Below are positions 1 to 64,000 of a stretch of 64,000 bases of DNA, one piece after another; the stretch's first letter is position 1, and each line of letters opens with the position of its first letter. A model generated the notes under the pieces. It was given only the letters and a program-made list of their open reading frames with translations, was not told the DNA's origin and ran no database searches. The DNA is taken from assembly GCF_009914755.1 (NCBI RefSeq), contig NC_060944.1, one strand, 5' to 3'. Made by a program: the position numbers and the translations under genes. Source of the DNA: the human T2T-CHM13v2.0 reference genome, Homo sapiens.

Positions 1-203
1 CAGGAGTTTGAGACCAGCCTGGCCAAAATCTATACTAAAAAAAATACAAAAATTAGCTGGGCATCCCAGCTATGCAGAAGCTGAAGCACAAGAATTGCTT
101 GAACCCTGGAGGTGGAGGTTGCAGTGAGCTGAGATCGTCCCACTGCACTCCAGCCCGGGCAACAGAGTAAGACCCTGCCTCAAGAAAAAAAAAAAAAAAA
201 AAA
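1..203 (+). mobile_element. Alu (3' portion, cut by the window edge)
   Basis: GAGTTTGAGACCAGCCTGGCC...GCAGTGAGC...A-tail. Confidence 0.9.
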
Positions 204-649
204 ATCAGGATTGTGAAAGGTCATCATCATTTAAGATACGTTTAATTAAATTGTGACTTCCATACGTAGTATTTTAAAAATGCACACTTGAAGCAATCAC
301 TGTCCAGCATACTTAAGAAGCTCCCTTCTTATCGTGTAGTAAATTCTTCCCAGTCACCTGCGTTCATACCATTATACTGTTTGTTTGTTAGTCCTAGATC
401 TTTTCTCCTCTTCACAATGCTTTGCTTAAATCCTGCCCTTCTAAAAAGCCAAAAAAAAAAAAAAAAAACTTGAGGTTTTTTTTTTTTTTGGAGAGGGAAA
501 AGAACATAATTCCTAAAGAAAGGCCATATAACTATATCATAGGCCAACCATGTATTTTATGTGTAGTGTCTTCCTCTGTAATATGTGAAAATATCCAGTT
601 AGTTAGTTAGTGAAAGACTTAACGAAAGAAAAACCCACAAGAAATTATT

Positions 650-2474
650 AAACTTTTACTATCGAAAGGATTTACTTTGGTGGAGTTGAGGGTGGGAGAG
701 AAATGAATCTTTATGTTCTCCTGTTAGAGAATAGCTTTTTTCCTTCCAGCTTTCACACTGGCACATGCTTATTACAATTCTACCTTGGGAACATGACAGA
801 ATTTTTTTCTTATGCATTCATGCAACATAAACAGATAATTCTAGGAAGACTGTGATTAAGTCACTTGCATTCTGACCTATTATTTTCATCTCTCCCTGAC
901 TCTGGGTGAGCCAAAGGCTATTAAGATGATGTTCTCCTGCTCACTCACTAGGCAGACCTCTACTCGAGAAGTGATCTGACACCGCAGTAGCTGATGCTCG
1001 TCCAGTGACTAAAGCAGTCAGGCTGAAAACAGATTTTATCTCAACAACAGTCCTAGTTTCTTCTGTCCTCAAACACTGTTATTTATTTTCAAGATAAAAT
1101 TTAGTAACAACATTACGAAGTAGCTTTTATTCCCTTGGGTGAATAAGATGTGCACATTTAATAATAAATTTGCTTACTAAAGGTCCTTTTAGGGGAAAAC
1201 AACCTTAAAAATACAGTTCTAGTCCTTGGGCAGTGAACAAAGAAAAAATGTGCTTGAGAAACACAGTCCAGGTTAAAGGAAAACTCTCAGATCGGTTAAT
1301 GCAGTTGAATTTTTGCTTGAGAATGTGAGCAACGTATCAGCAAATACATTCATTCTTGTGCTACTCTTCATTATTTAGCATAGAGCTACCTTAGGTGTTT
1401 CTACACATGCTCTAAACCAAGAGTAAGTTTAACATGTCAGCAGTGAGGAGTAGACATTTTCTACTATAGCACACTGGGAGATGTTTACTGGTACTCTAGG
1501 TAGAAATGACTCCATTGTCCACTAAGTTTGGGAAATAAATAATATGGCAACATTGCTACTGGAGATACATAATGTACAGAAGCCTAACTATAAAGAGATT
1601 TGATTAACGAGACTTAAGTCTTAGTCCAGAATTTCCCAAATTTATGTGAACATGGGACATCATTTTTCATAGCACACACGTGAACAAGCCATTATTCTTT
1701 AAACAAGGTATTACAAACTCAACCACTCTGGAGAACTGATGAGCGCCTAACTGAAATTATTAGACTAAATTCTTAGTAAACAATGTTTTCTGAACCTTGT
1801 TCAGAAATATAATCACTGCAAATTATTTTCCAAGTGTTGTTCTAAAAAACAATATAACTGGACACTAGTAAGAAAGTAAGGTAAATTATTAATCCACTCG
1901 CATTCAATTCTACAAGGAATGAAACCATTTTTAAAAGTGGCTTAGAACAAACAATTTACTGAGCACTTACTATGCACCCACCAGGTATATTCCTTTTATA
2001 ATGTAATCTTCAAAATGAGCTGTCAAACTATTGGCCCATTTTGTGAATGAGGAAAATGAAAATTAAGTTATATAATCATGAGTGGCAGAGCTGGGAAATG
2101 AACTCAAGTCTGTGACTCTGAAGACATGAAAAAGTTACACATTTCAGATGAATGCATAAACTATCTTTATGGGTATGACATGAAAAGTAACTGTAGAATG
2201 TTACCTTAATTACATTTCCTAATGCATGATGTGGACAGACATTAGAAAAGTTTGGACTCAGTTGGAAAAACAAATCCAGCAGTTAAAAAAGTCCTTTACT
2301 TGCAATCCCTACCCCTAGCTAACCCAAGAGCATTTAAAAAATAACTTAAAAAGTAGCCATCAAAGATACCAATCAATTTCTTACTGGTGAAATATATAAG
2401 AACTTCCAGGAGTCACAAGAGTTCCAAACAATTAATTTATAAAAATAACAAAACATTTGTCTATGAAAAAAAGA
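650..2474 (-). other. CRNKL1: CRNKL1 3' UTR (approximate) with several candidate poly(A) signals
   Basis: AT-rich, little repeat content; minus-strand AATAAA at 1087-1082 and 1131-1126, ATTAAA at ~1162-1157, AGTAAA at 676-671; the exact 3' end cannot be read from sequence alone. Confidence 0.6.
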
Positions 2475-18622
<16,148 letters not shown>

Positions 18623-18726
18623 GTCTGCAGCAGTCGACCTCTGGACACCTGTCCCCGGCACGGACGCTAGAAATCGGCTCTGAGAGCTCACCGAAACCAC
18701 AAAGCTTTCAGAAAACAAACAGGATC

Positions 18727-18746
18727 TCGGAACCGGAAGCGGAACT
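18727..18746 (+). promoter_or_regulatory. Tandem ETS/GABP-type sites (CGGAA CCGGAAGC GGAAC)
   Basis: Three GGAA cores in 20 bp including CCGGAAG; typical of bidirectional promoters. Confidence 0.65.
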
Positions 18747-18796
18747 TGCAGGACTGACCTTTGACCTCTCGCTTGAGCCGTGACGGAGGCGGCACC

Positions 18797-18810
18797 GTTT
18801 CCATGGTGAC
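18797..18810 (+). promoter_or_regulatory. RFX X-box GTTTCCATGGTGAC
   Basis: Near-consensus X-box (GTTNCCATGGNAAC) at the 5' end of a cilia/flagella gene. Confidence 0.75.
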
Positions 18811-18871
18811 CAGGCTGCGCGTCCTCCTTGCGGCAGCGCGTGGAGTGCGGCGTCCTGGAGCTGCGGATGAG
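18800..18871 (+). other. CFAP61: CFAP61 non-coding exon 1 (start approximate)
   Basis: Donor GAG|GTGGGT at 18872 just downstream of the X-box in the CpG island; TSS inferred. Confidence 0.6.
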
Positions 18872-20597
18872 GTGGGTAACGCCGTGCTGACTAGCAGCGA
18901 CGCAAGGACTGCGGTGCAGGGCGTCCAGGGCGCATCCCCAGGTCAGCCTCCGGAACTGGGATGACCAGGCGAGGACGAGTGGCTCTGTCGAGCCGTGGCG
19001 CCCTGCAAGGGAGTAAGAACGGAGCTCCAATCTGGATGCTCGAGGGCGGGGGAAGAAGGGAGAGCGAGGAAACTACCATTCCCAGCATGCGACGGGGCGA
19101 GCTGCCGCCCTTTTAGGCTGCAATGCCTCGAGCATTGCATTCTAGTAGTCTCTGGGTCCACGCCCCCTCGTTTCTGGTTTCGGGACAGTTGTGCCCAAAT
19201 AATTCTAAGGTGCCCAAATAATTAACTCTAAGGCTTGGAATTAAAAATAACAGAAGGTACTTTGAAGCCAGATATTAGGAAAAAATATAAATAGAGTAAC
19301 TGGAAAACAACTCAGTCTTGTGATAAGAAACATGTTTAAATTCTGTGTGTGCCTTAATTACTCTAGTTAAATTTTCTTAGCCTCAATGTCCTCAACTATA
19401 AAACAAGGCTAATAACATCTGTTTCACTAGGATTAAAGACAAATGCTCAGTAGATGTTAGCTGTTATAATACTTAACCTGCCCTCAAAAACTGAAAAGCA
19501 AAGGTTAAGAGAATTTTTTTTAATAGACATTTTTAGAGAAGTTTTAGGTTCACAACAAAATTAAGTGGAAGACACAGAGATTTCCTCCCTCCACAGCTTC
19601 CTGCTATCAATTATTGTACCTCTTCCCTCCTCTAACAGCCTCCAACTCTTAAAAATATCCTCCACCAGAGCAGTACATTTGTTACAATCTTGAACCTACA
19701 TTGACACATCATTATCACCCAAAGTTCATAGTTTATATTAGGGTTCACTCTTGGTGTACATTCTATGAGGTTGGACAAATGTATAATGACATGACTTGGC
19801 AGCTCATTTGTTAGGATAATTTCCACAGTTGCAAAGCTCTTTTGGTGTTTGGGGAAAATATATATTTATGTATGTAGTAATATCACGTCTACCAATGCAG
19901 ATATTACTTTCAACAAAAGATTTATGCAGATTTCTAGAACTGCAGTCAGTTATAACCAACATCAATGTATTTGCCATAACTCTTTATTAACCATATTATT
20001 TAGATATTTTATCTCACTTTTCAAAATTTAAATAGAGAAGATTTTATATCACTTTCATAAAGCCACCTAACAAAATAAATAAATATTAAAAAGATGTTTC
20101 TTTGAAGTGATTTTCCTTAAATGTGTTACTGTAAACAATTGATTTACCAAATGAATCATTGGTTTAATCATCTGTTGCCTTTGCTCAAAAGTACAAACAT
20201 GCTAGAATACTTTGCTTCTGATCACCATCCTTCTCTCTTACATTTCTGTTGTCTGGCAATTCAGTTCATCTCTGTGTGTGTTTTTTTTGTTTGTTTTTTT
20301 TTTTTTTTTTTTTTAGGAAAAATGTATTATCCTTCTTACTTTTTGCCATCAATGCTTTTGTAGATATACCTTCATGTTTACCTTCTTATTTCCCAGCATT
20401 TAATCTTGTATTCCACTTCTTTCTGATTTTATTCTTCTCAGAATATACCATCTCCTAGTTCTTTCTACAAGATTCTTTGAATTCTTTCAGTCTTTGTATG
20501 AAATTGTCTTTATTTTATCTTCATTTTAAAGTGATTGTTTAGGTTTATCAGTCTAGGTTAATGGTTATTTTTTCCTTTTATATTTTTAAAACACTAT

Positions 20598-20992
20598 TCT
20601 AGTAGTTAGAAAACTATGGGCCGTAGACTAAATTCAGCCCATTGACTATTTTGTATGGACTGTGAATGAGCTAGGGATATATATATATATATATACACAC
20701 ACACATACATACACATATACACACACACATTTTACATTAAACTTTATATGTAGTTTACATTTTAAACATTTTTTAAAAATTACATGGCACATGAAAATTA
20801 TACATAAGTCAACTTTCAGTGTATGTAAGTAAAATTTTGTGGGAATACATTCATGCTCATTTGTGCCGATATTGTCTCTGGTTGTTACTGTGCTACAATG
20901 GCAGAGTTGACTAGTTGTGTAGACAACATGTGGCTCATAAAGCTTAATGTATTTATTCTCTGGCCTTTTACAGAAGTTTGCTAACCCCCGTG
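20598..20992 (+). mobile_element. MER58-like hAT element with an internal (TA)n(CA)n microsatellite at ~20678-20730
   Basis: AAACTATGGGCC...CTGGCCTTTTACAGAAGTTTGCTAACCCC. Confidence 0.7.
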
Positions 20993-22227
20993 CTACTGGC
21001 TTCTAATGTTGCTCATGAGAAATATTCTGTCAGTCTAATTATTTTTTATAGACAGTCTGTCTTTTGTCAGGTTCCTTTAAAGTTTTCTGTTTGTCTTTAG
21101 GGTTTTGTAGTTTTACTATATATTTGGAGTTTATTTGTATTTTTTGCTCTGAACTGAAGGTTCATGTCTTTCATCCATGCTAAAAGTAATTAGCCATTAT
21201 TTTCAAATGTTTCATTTATTCCTTTTGGAATTCCCATAAGACAGATGTTTTTCATTCTGTCTTACATGTGTCTTTACTGAATTCTGTATTTTCTGTTTCT
21301 ATGTGCTTCTTTCTAGATAATTTGTTCATAAGTATCTTCCAGTTTATTTTCTTTATTCTTCTGTTTTTAACCCATCCTCTTAGTTTAAATTTTAATAACC
21401 ACGTATTTCATTTTTTAAGTTTCTGTTCTTTTTTAAATAATGACCTGTTCTCTTCTCATGACTTTTGTTTCTCTTTCTATATTTCTTTATTATAAACATA
21501 CTTAGTTTGTAGTCTGTTTCAGAGTCTATCATCTAAAGTTCTTGGTGACTCCCATAATACACAGATTGTGTGGACTAGAATGCCATACCCACTTTAGTCT
21601 AGAATTTGGACTTCTCAGCAGTATTTTTGCTTTATTTTCTACCTAGAGCTTTGTGTAGAGAAAGCTTGTCACTTTCTTGGGCTGGTGAGTTTAATTTTTC
21701 TAGCCCCCTCACTTACCGAGGGGCCCATCCAAAGTCCCAGGTAGATGCATGGTTTAATTTTTAATTCTCTGTTTGGAGTGAGGTCCATTCTATCCCCAAA
21801 ACCTGTGTCAGATCGGCTCACATCATTGCCACCTGGTTGGAGAATTTCCCTCGCTCGCTTTCTTTCTTCTTTTCTTGTTTTCTTTTTACCAAAGTCAGTT
21901 ATCTAATTAATTATACTTCCTTATTTTATTCAGAATTTTTATATACTTGTAGCATTAGTTTATGATATGTTTCACAAACAAGATGTCTCATTCCAATTTT
22001 GCTTTCAATTTAAAACCAGAACAAGGAATGACAATATTTATGGTTAGCTTCGATAGGAGTCTAGACATTATTAATTTCTCCTTCATTGTTTTCCCTGTTT
22101 TGAGCTCACTGGCTAGTATATAATAAAATGGCTTTCCCTATGAAGGAAAGAAGGGAGGGAAAGAGAGAAGAGAGACTTACAGAAATTGAGACAATGAGAG
22201 AGAAATTGAAATCATTTTGTGACCTAC

Positions 22228-22294
22228 TGTTTTTGTCAACAGCATTTCCCAAAGTGTCCTTCTGGAACGTTAGGTTCTCCACTGTTGCCGTCAT
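22228..22294 (-). CDS. CRNKL1: CRNKL1 distal first coding exon of the 848-aa isoform (MTATVENLTFQKDTLGNAVDKN)
   Basis: ATG at 22294, donor A|GTAGGT at 22227; joins in frame to the acceptor at 19038 (A+CA = Thr); 22+156-17+687 = 848 aa, matching the long isoform as I recall it. Confidence 0.8.
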
Positions 22295-22933
22295 TAGAGA
22301 TTCTCTTCCCAAAGAGTGTCGGAAAGGCTGGGTTATACAAAGAAAACAAGTTGCTTTATTATGGAACCTCTCAAAGATGTTAATGGGCCTGGTGGCCCTT
22401 CAGGAAGCCTATTGCGAGCATTTCCTACACTTAACCACAGAACTTTTTTGGTCTCAAAATATGTCTCAAGACTGCTGACCTTCAGGGCTCCAGTTTGGAG
22501 AACTCTATTAAGAACATAGGCAGCAGCTGTCAGTATTTCCCCAGTAACTCTTCACCACATGCCATCGTGGCCGATTAAATATAAGAGGACCCTGAATCCG
22601 TAAATAATTCCTTTCAATGTTTTTCCAATTCTATTGTTAGAATTTTTTAAAGCAGCTTTGTTGGAAACAAAGAATATAGTTGCAGAAACTTCTAAACAGG
22701 CCAGTTCTCAGAAACTTCATTCTCCTATGGAGGAACGTCAGCTGGTTTGCAGTGACAGTTGTCACAGACTACACCCAGGGGAAAACGTGTCACACCAGTA
22801 TTCTCACACCATGTTCACTCTGACCACATGGAAATTGAATTAGTGTTCAGTTTTGTGTGTATTATAACCAAACTGGCTTATCATATCAGATTAATAGTGG
22901 ACTTTTTTCTCTCTTTTGGGGACAGGATAAAAA

Positions 22934-57256
<34,323 letters not shown>

Positions 57257-57922
57257 GTCAGTGACTGATTCATGTGGGAACACACTTAGTGAGAGGAAGG
57301 AGGGATGTGAGTGGTGTTGCTCTTGCGTTGCTGGGCACCCCTGGAGCTGCCATTGTCTCCCTGGCCACCCCGGCCCTCCCACTGCCCTTCCAGGTGGTGC
57401 ACCAGGCCAGCTTCCTCCCCTGGGTTACTGGCTTTAGGTTGTCTTTTGCGAGGTCCTTCCAGATGCCCACGATGCTGTAGATTCTTGCCTTGTCCCTAGA
57501 GTGAGAGGGAATGGAAAAGACCCCCCAGGGGTGCGTAGGGGGATTTCTGAGGATCCCCAAATCTCAGACTTCAGAAGTCACAAACCAGCGTTCTGCTGGC
57601 AGATGGATTTTGTTTGAGTTGGAAAGGTATTTTTTTTAACTTTTTGTTTTGACATAGTTTCACACTTAAAGAAAGTTTATAACTACCCAGATTCCCCAAA
57701 TGTTAACATCCAACCCCATTTGTTTTATCATTCTCTTGTTCAACCTTTCTAATTCCCTCTCTCTCTCTCTTTTTCTCTCTTGCTGGCTCTCTCTCTCTCT
57801 CTCATGTATATTCTGAACCATTTGAGAGTAAGTTGCATACATAATGCCCCTTTACCTGTAAGTATTTCAATGTATATTTCCTAAAAACAAGGACACTCTC
57901 TTAGATAACTGCAATACAATGA

Positions 57923-58260
<338 letters not shown>

Positions 58261-58884
58261 TAGTTCCTGCAATTCTTTTATCTAATCTACAGACTTCATT
58301 CAGATTTTTCTGACAGTCCCAGGAATGTCCTTTATGGCAGAGGTAATTCCAGGCCATTCATTGCATTCAGGTGCTCTGTTTCTTCAGCCTTTTTAAATCT
58401 GGAACAATTCTCCGATCCGTCTTTATCTTCCATGACAATTACAGTTTTGAATAGTACAGGTCAGTTATTTTGTAGAATGTCTCCATTTGGATTTGTACAA
58501 TGTTTTCTCATGATTTGATTCAAGTTATATATGATTAAATATTTTTGAATTAGCAGCTATTGTAAAAATTATGAAAGTCTATGTAAAAATTGGAATTTCT
58601 AGCTTTTCTAAACAAATCAGAAGGCCCAGCCTATTGGGCCCAAAAGGCAGCCCACACCCTCTAATTCATGATTCTTCATCTACTCATTTCTCATTATTTG
58701 TTAAAACTGTAAGAGCTGTTTAAAGAATATTACTTTTCTTGAAACTTGGAATGAAAAGTTCTCTTACTTGGATGACATGAGCAGTTTGAGGCTTTGTTCT
58801 ACATCAGTGGTTCTCAAACTTGGCATATATGCAGATCACCTGGGAGGCTTTTAACTATCCATACCATGCCAATGACTTGGATCC

Positions 58885-60055
<1,171 letters not shown>

Positions 60056-60139
60056 ATTATATCCATTTTTAAAAATCCTGTTGCAGGGGTACACTCAGGC
60101 CAATTAAGTCAATCTTTTGGGGGTGAGACACAATCCATA

Positions 60140-60257
60140 TATTTATTTTTAATTTTGGACACTCACTATGTTGCCCAGGCTTTTCTTAAACTGCAGTCCT
60201 CCTGCCTCAGCCTCCCAAAGTGCTACGGTTACAGGCATGAGCCACCATGCCTGACCT
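60140..60257 (-). mobile_element. FLAM-like Alu monomer
   Basis: CTCACTATGTTGCCCAGGC...GGCATGAGCCACCATGCC. Confidence 0.75.
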
Positions 60258-61196
60258 CAATCTGGATTTTTAAAGATCTCCCCAGATGATTCCAAGGTGC
60301 AGTCCAGGTGGTGAAACACTCATCTACATGAGGGTAAAACATACCTGGTGAGAATGACATGACTTTATAGAGATGTGGGTATTAGTTTCTGAAGGTGACA
60401 ATTGGCCCCTGGAAATTAGATTCTGAAGTACTACATTGAAAGGATTTTTATTTATTTTTTAAATGTTTATTTTATTTTCTTATATTTAGGTTTTGGCATG
60501 GTTTCTCAAAGACCCGCTTTCACGTATTCTTGTTTAGCCATTAGCCCCAGGCTACCAGGCTAGCCATAGAAGGGAGGGTTGGAAGCATTTGGGCCCAGCA
60601 GTACCATTTGGAAAGCTTGTCTTTACACAACTAGACAGAAACTCCTGAGAAGTGAAATGATTCATACAGACCCCAATAAGGATTTTCATGACCAAACTTT
60701 ACTTATCAGGTTTAATCAGGGTCTTTGTTTTTGGAAGGCTTTTAATTATTTGGTTCCAAGGTACTAGTTTTACTCTGAATCACTTGAGTCAGTGCTTTGT
60801 AGAGAAGCTGCAGTGACCTCTTCCCCCACGTTCTTTCTCTCTCTTGCCGTATGTTTCACACTTTCAGTGTGTGTAAACATCAGAGCAAAGCTGTAGGCTG
60901 AAAACTGCAGTTCCAACCCTGCAAGAATCCTTTGGTGTCTCGAAAGAGGCAGAGGGCATCCAGCCCCATCTCCTTCCAGAGGCCGTGCTGCCTCAAGCAT
61001 CAGAGGCTTTGTGTTCTGTGGAGGGGAGACCACAGACCTCGATCTTAAAATGGAAGGGCAGAAACAAGACTGTGAGCCGGGATCTGGGAGGGGACGTCTA
61101 ATCTGAAGTGAGCCATGTCTGATGTCTGAAGCCTTTTGGGGTTCAAGATCAATGCTGTTGCTACCCTTTTTCCTGCCTCCCTAGGGGGCTTTTAGG

Positions 61197-61635
61197 CAAT
61201 GGTGTGCTGGAGCCAGCTTGCTCTGGCTCTCAAGGGCTGATTGTTAAATCCTCAGGAACTCTGCAAACTGCTTGTTAAACACAGCTATTATTAAAAATTA
61301 AATTATAGAAACCTACAGTGTAATAAATTATATTAAAACAAAGTTAATAAATACTTGAAATTCATCACCTTCCATTTTTTTTTACTATTCTCCATGTTCT
61401 TGAGGGTTTTTTTTTAAATGTCTGGGTCTCTATACAGTAGATATAAGAAATAATGGCTAGCTACTGCGCATTCCCTCCCAACTACATGTTTAGTGAGATC
61501 ACACTGTTCACTTGACATTGACCATGATGACAGCGCTTACACCTCAGAAATCGGCAAATGCTACAGATCTGGGCTTTTCCCCCGCAAATGCTGATTAGGC
61601 ATTTACAGGCACACGTTACTTTAAGGCAACCACTG
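61197..61635 (+). mobile_element. MER63-like hAT element
   Basis: CAATGGTGTGCTGGAGCC...GATTGTTAAA start, ...ACCACTG end. Confidence 0.7.
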
Positions 61636-64000
61636 TCAACCAGAGGAAACAGAAAGAAGTCCATCAAGTTTGTCTTTCTGAACAGCCATGGCAGTTCCAG
61701 GCCAGGCATGCAGCATGCCTGAGGGCAAGGCTGTGCCCTGTGGGAAACCCTTACTACTGAAAGGGTTTTTAGTTACAAGGACTTTCTTTGGCTTGATAGC
61801 TAGTTTGGAGGAGTTTGGGGCCATCACTTCATACAAGTTCCTTGTCATAACTGTACCCTGGCTTACCTTGACATCTGGTGTTTACTCCAAGCTGAGGTTT
61901 TAGGGAAGGGTAGTTGGAGGCCAGCGGCGGCTCCTAGTGACAGATGGGCAGAGCGTCTGCTTTGGCATCATCCAGGGTGTGGGCAGCAGTGGTCCGAGTA
62001 GGCACCACTGACCTGCAGGCAGGGAAAGCCTGCCAGGTCAGCCATGCGCTTGGCATCAGGAGGAGAGGATCAGAGCCAGCAGTGGTCACAATGAGGGCAA
62101 AACCCTCACAGTGGAATATTGTCACCCAAAAGGGATGGGTGGCTGTAGGGCTTTTTGGATGGAAGCATAAATGAGAAAATACACACGTTTCTGTAAATGG
62201 ACCTGTTTGGGAAGACAAGGCCACAGTACACATAGTTTTCTAGCAATCTAAACCTTATGTGTCATGATGTAGATATTTACAGGACAAGCAAGAACAACAA
62301 AACCTTCAGTTTTGTTCTCCAGTATAAGATAATTGAAGACACTTGTGGTGAAAAGTACTTCTGTCACCAGGAAGATAGATAACAGCCAGCAATCAATGCC
62401 TTTCTGTTGTACAAGTTAAAAAGTCCATTAAATCCATTTTTTTTTCAGTGCATACACAAGAATACATTTGGATACTCCTGCAAATTCATATTTAAGAATA
62501 GTGTTTCTCAAATCGGTTATTTGAAAGAAACTCAAAGGAAAAAGCAGACACTTCCACAATATGTCCTTGCTCTGTTGTAGTCTGTAATTGTGAACTTTTG
62601 TAAATTGTTACAACCCTGGATGAATGATGGGAATATAACAGGTTGTAGAATTGGAGAACGTTAAATCTTTGTTCCTAATGGCAAAACATGTTTTTCTCAT
62701 TTTCATCAGAATGTGTGATCCATGCCATTTGAAATCAAATTCCAAACACAATGAGCCATTAGTGTAATAGCTCATTACTAACAGCGGTCTTATAAATAAT
62801 ACATTCTTATCATACACATGCAGCTCGCTGTGAAGCCAGCAAAAGGTATTTCAGGCCATCGAAGTTTTGTTGCGCCAGCGCGGCTGTAGATTAGAAGGAC
62901 ATCTCCATGTGAACCAAGATGGATGCCAATTTTCCCTGCCGAGAGTCAGGCTGGCCGTCTCTTTCTGCACATATGGTAGATGGATTGGTTAATCAGCGTC
63001 TGCTGAGTCTTGGGCCTGAAATTACAGAGAAGCTAGACAACTGCGGCTATGCAGCCTTTGTTCACGAGTGCAAACAAGACAAACAATCACTTGTTATTTG
63101 GGAAAAAAATTAAAATGTTTATTTTGGACTTTTATTAAAGTGTCAATGGCTTTATAAAACAGCTGTGTAAATCCAGGCTTTTTCAGCAAGTATCATTTTA
63201 GGGGGCCTGTAAAGAAAGGAATATACATGAAAAAATTAATTTTTAAAAATTCCCCTCATATTTCAGTATTGAGAAGAAAATAGAGGAGGTCTCACTTTTA
63301 TTTTGCAAACACGTTTGAGAACAAATGATTTTTAACTGGGAGACATATTCGAGAACAAATAGTAGTTTAATACCTATTTTTTTTTTTTTTTTGGTGTCAT
63401 TTAAAAAACTGAGTATTATTGTAGCCCGATTCTCTGTTTTAGGAGATTAAAGCATTTTCTCTGACTGGGCATTTATGGAAAGATGCTGCGTTCTTGGGAA
63501 TAGAGAATGCCTGTGATTATTGAGTTCTGCTACTTTCTGAATGCAATGGTTATCTAAAAGTCTGAACACTTGAGAGATAGGACCCAGTAAATGCAGGTTT
63601 CTAATAAGAGCTATCAGAGTCTAATCAGTCAACCAGAATTTGCTTAAAATCTACTAATAATTATTTTATGTGAAATTTAAAGGACTATGTATTTTCTCTC
63701 TCTTTTTAAATTTTAAATACTTTCCTTGCAGAAAACAATGAAATACAGAATTACTTAAGGGATATATTAAGGAGTTTCAGTCACAGCCGTCTCTCCATGT
63801 GGAATATGATAGAATTAAAGTCTGTTGTTAATTTCTAATGTTTTGGTACCAATCAGGTACCTGGTACCCAACCAAGGTTCAGATCAGCTAGTTACTCATC
63901 TTCTCGCCTATGTATTACTCATCAAAGACTGAAAATCATGGGGACGACTGCAAGAGCTTCAGAACCAGGCATTTCAGGGTGATGGGAAGTTCAACATTTG

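Overview
Human (primate) genomic DNA that I recognise as the CRNKL1/CFAP61 head-to-head locus on chr20p11. The minus strand carries the complete CRNKL1 gene (crooked neck/Clf1/Syf3, a HAT-repeat splicing factor). Its 14 coding exons (18622 down to 2475) splice to 2064 nt = 687 aa + stop, and a distal first exon (22294-22228) plus an extended exon (19038-18572) adds 161 aa for an 848-aa isoform. One CRNKL1 intron (11767-14044) is a U12-type AT-AC intron. The plus strand carries the 5' part of CFAP61 (C20orf26): a probable non-coding exon 1 in the shared CpG island and six coding exons (22934-57256, 233 codons), with the gene continuing past the window. The shared promoter has tandem ETS/GABP sites, a YY1-like site and an RFX X-box. 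The rest is intron filled with Alu, L1, L2, MIR, MaLR/ERV LTRs and DNA transposons; repeat subfamily calls are from memory of consensus sequences, not RepeatMasker. I found no evidence of a wholly new biological system. The best leads are regulatory or structural: a cryptic U2 acceptor beside the U12 acceptor, a candidate truncating CFAP61 exon, inverted-Alu and circRNA geometry, a (CTG)13 tract and several near-perfect hairpins.
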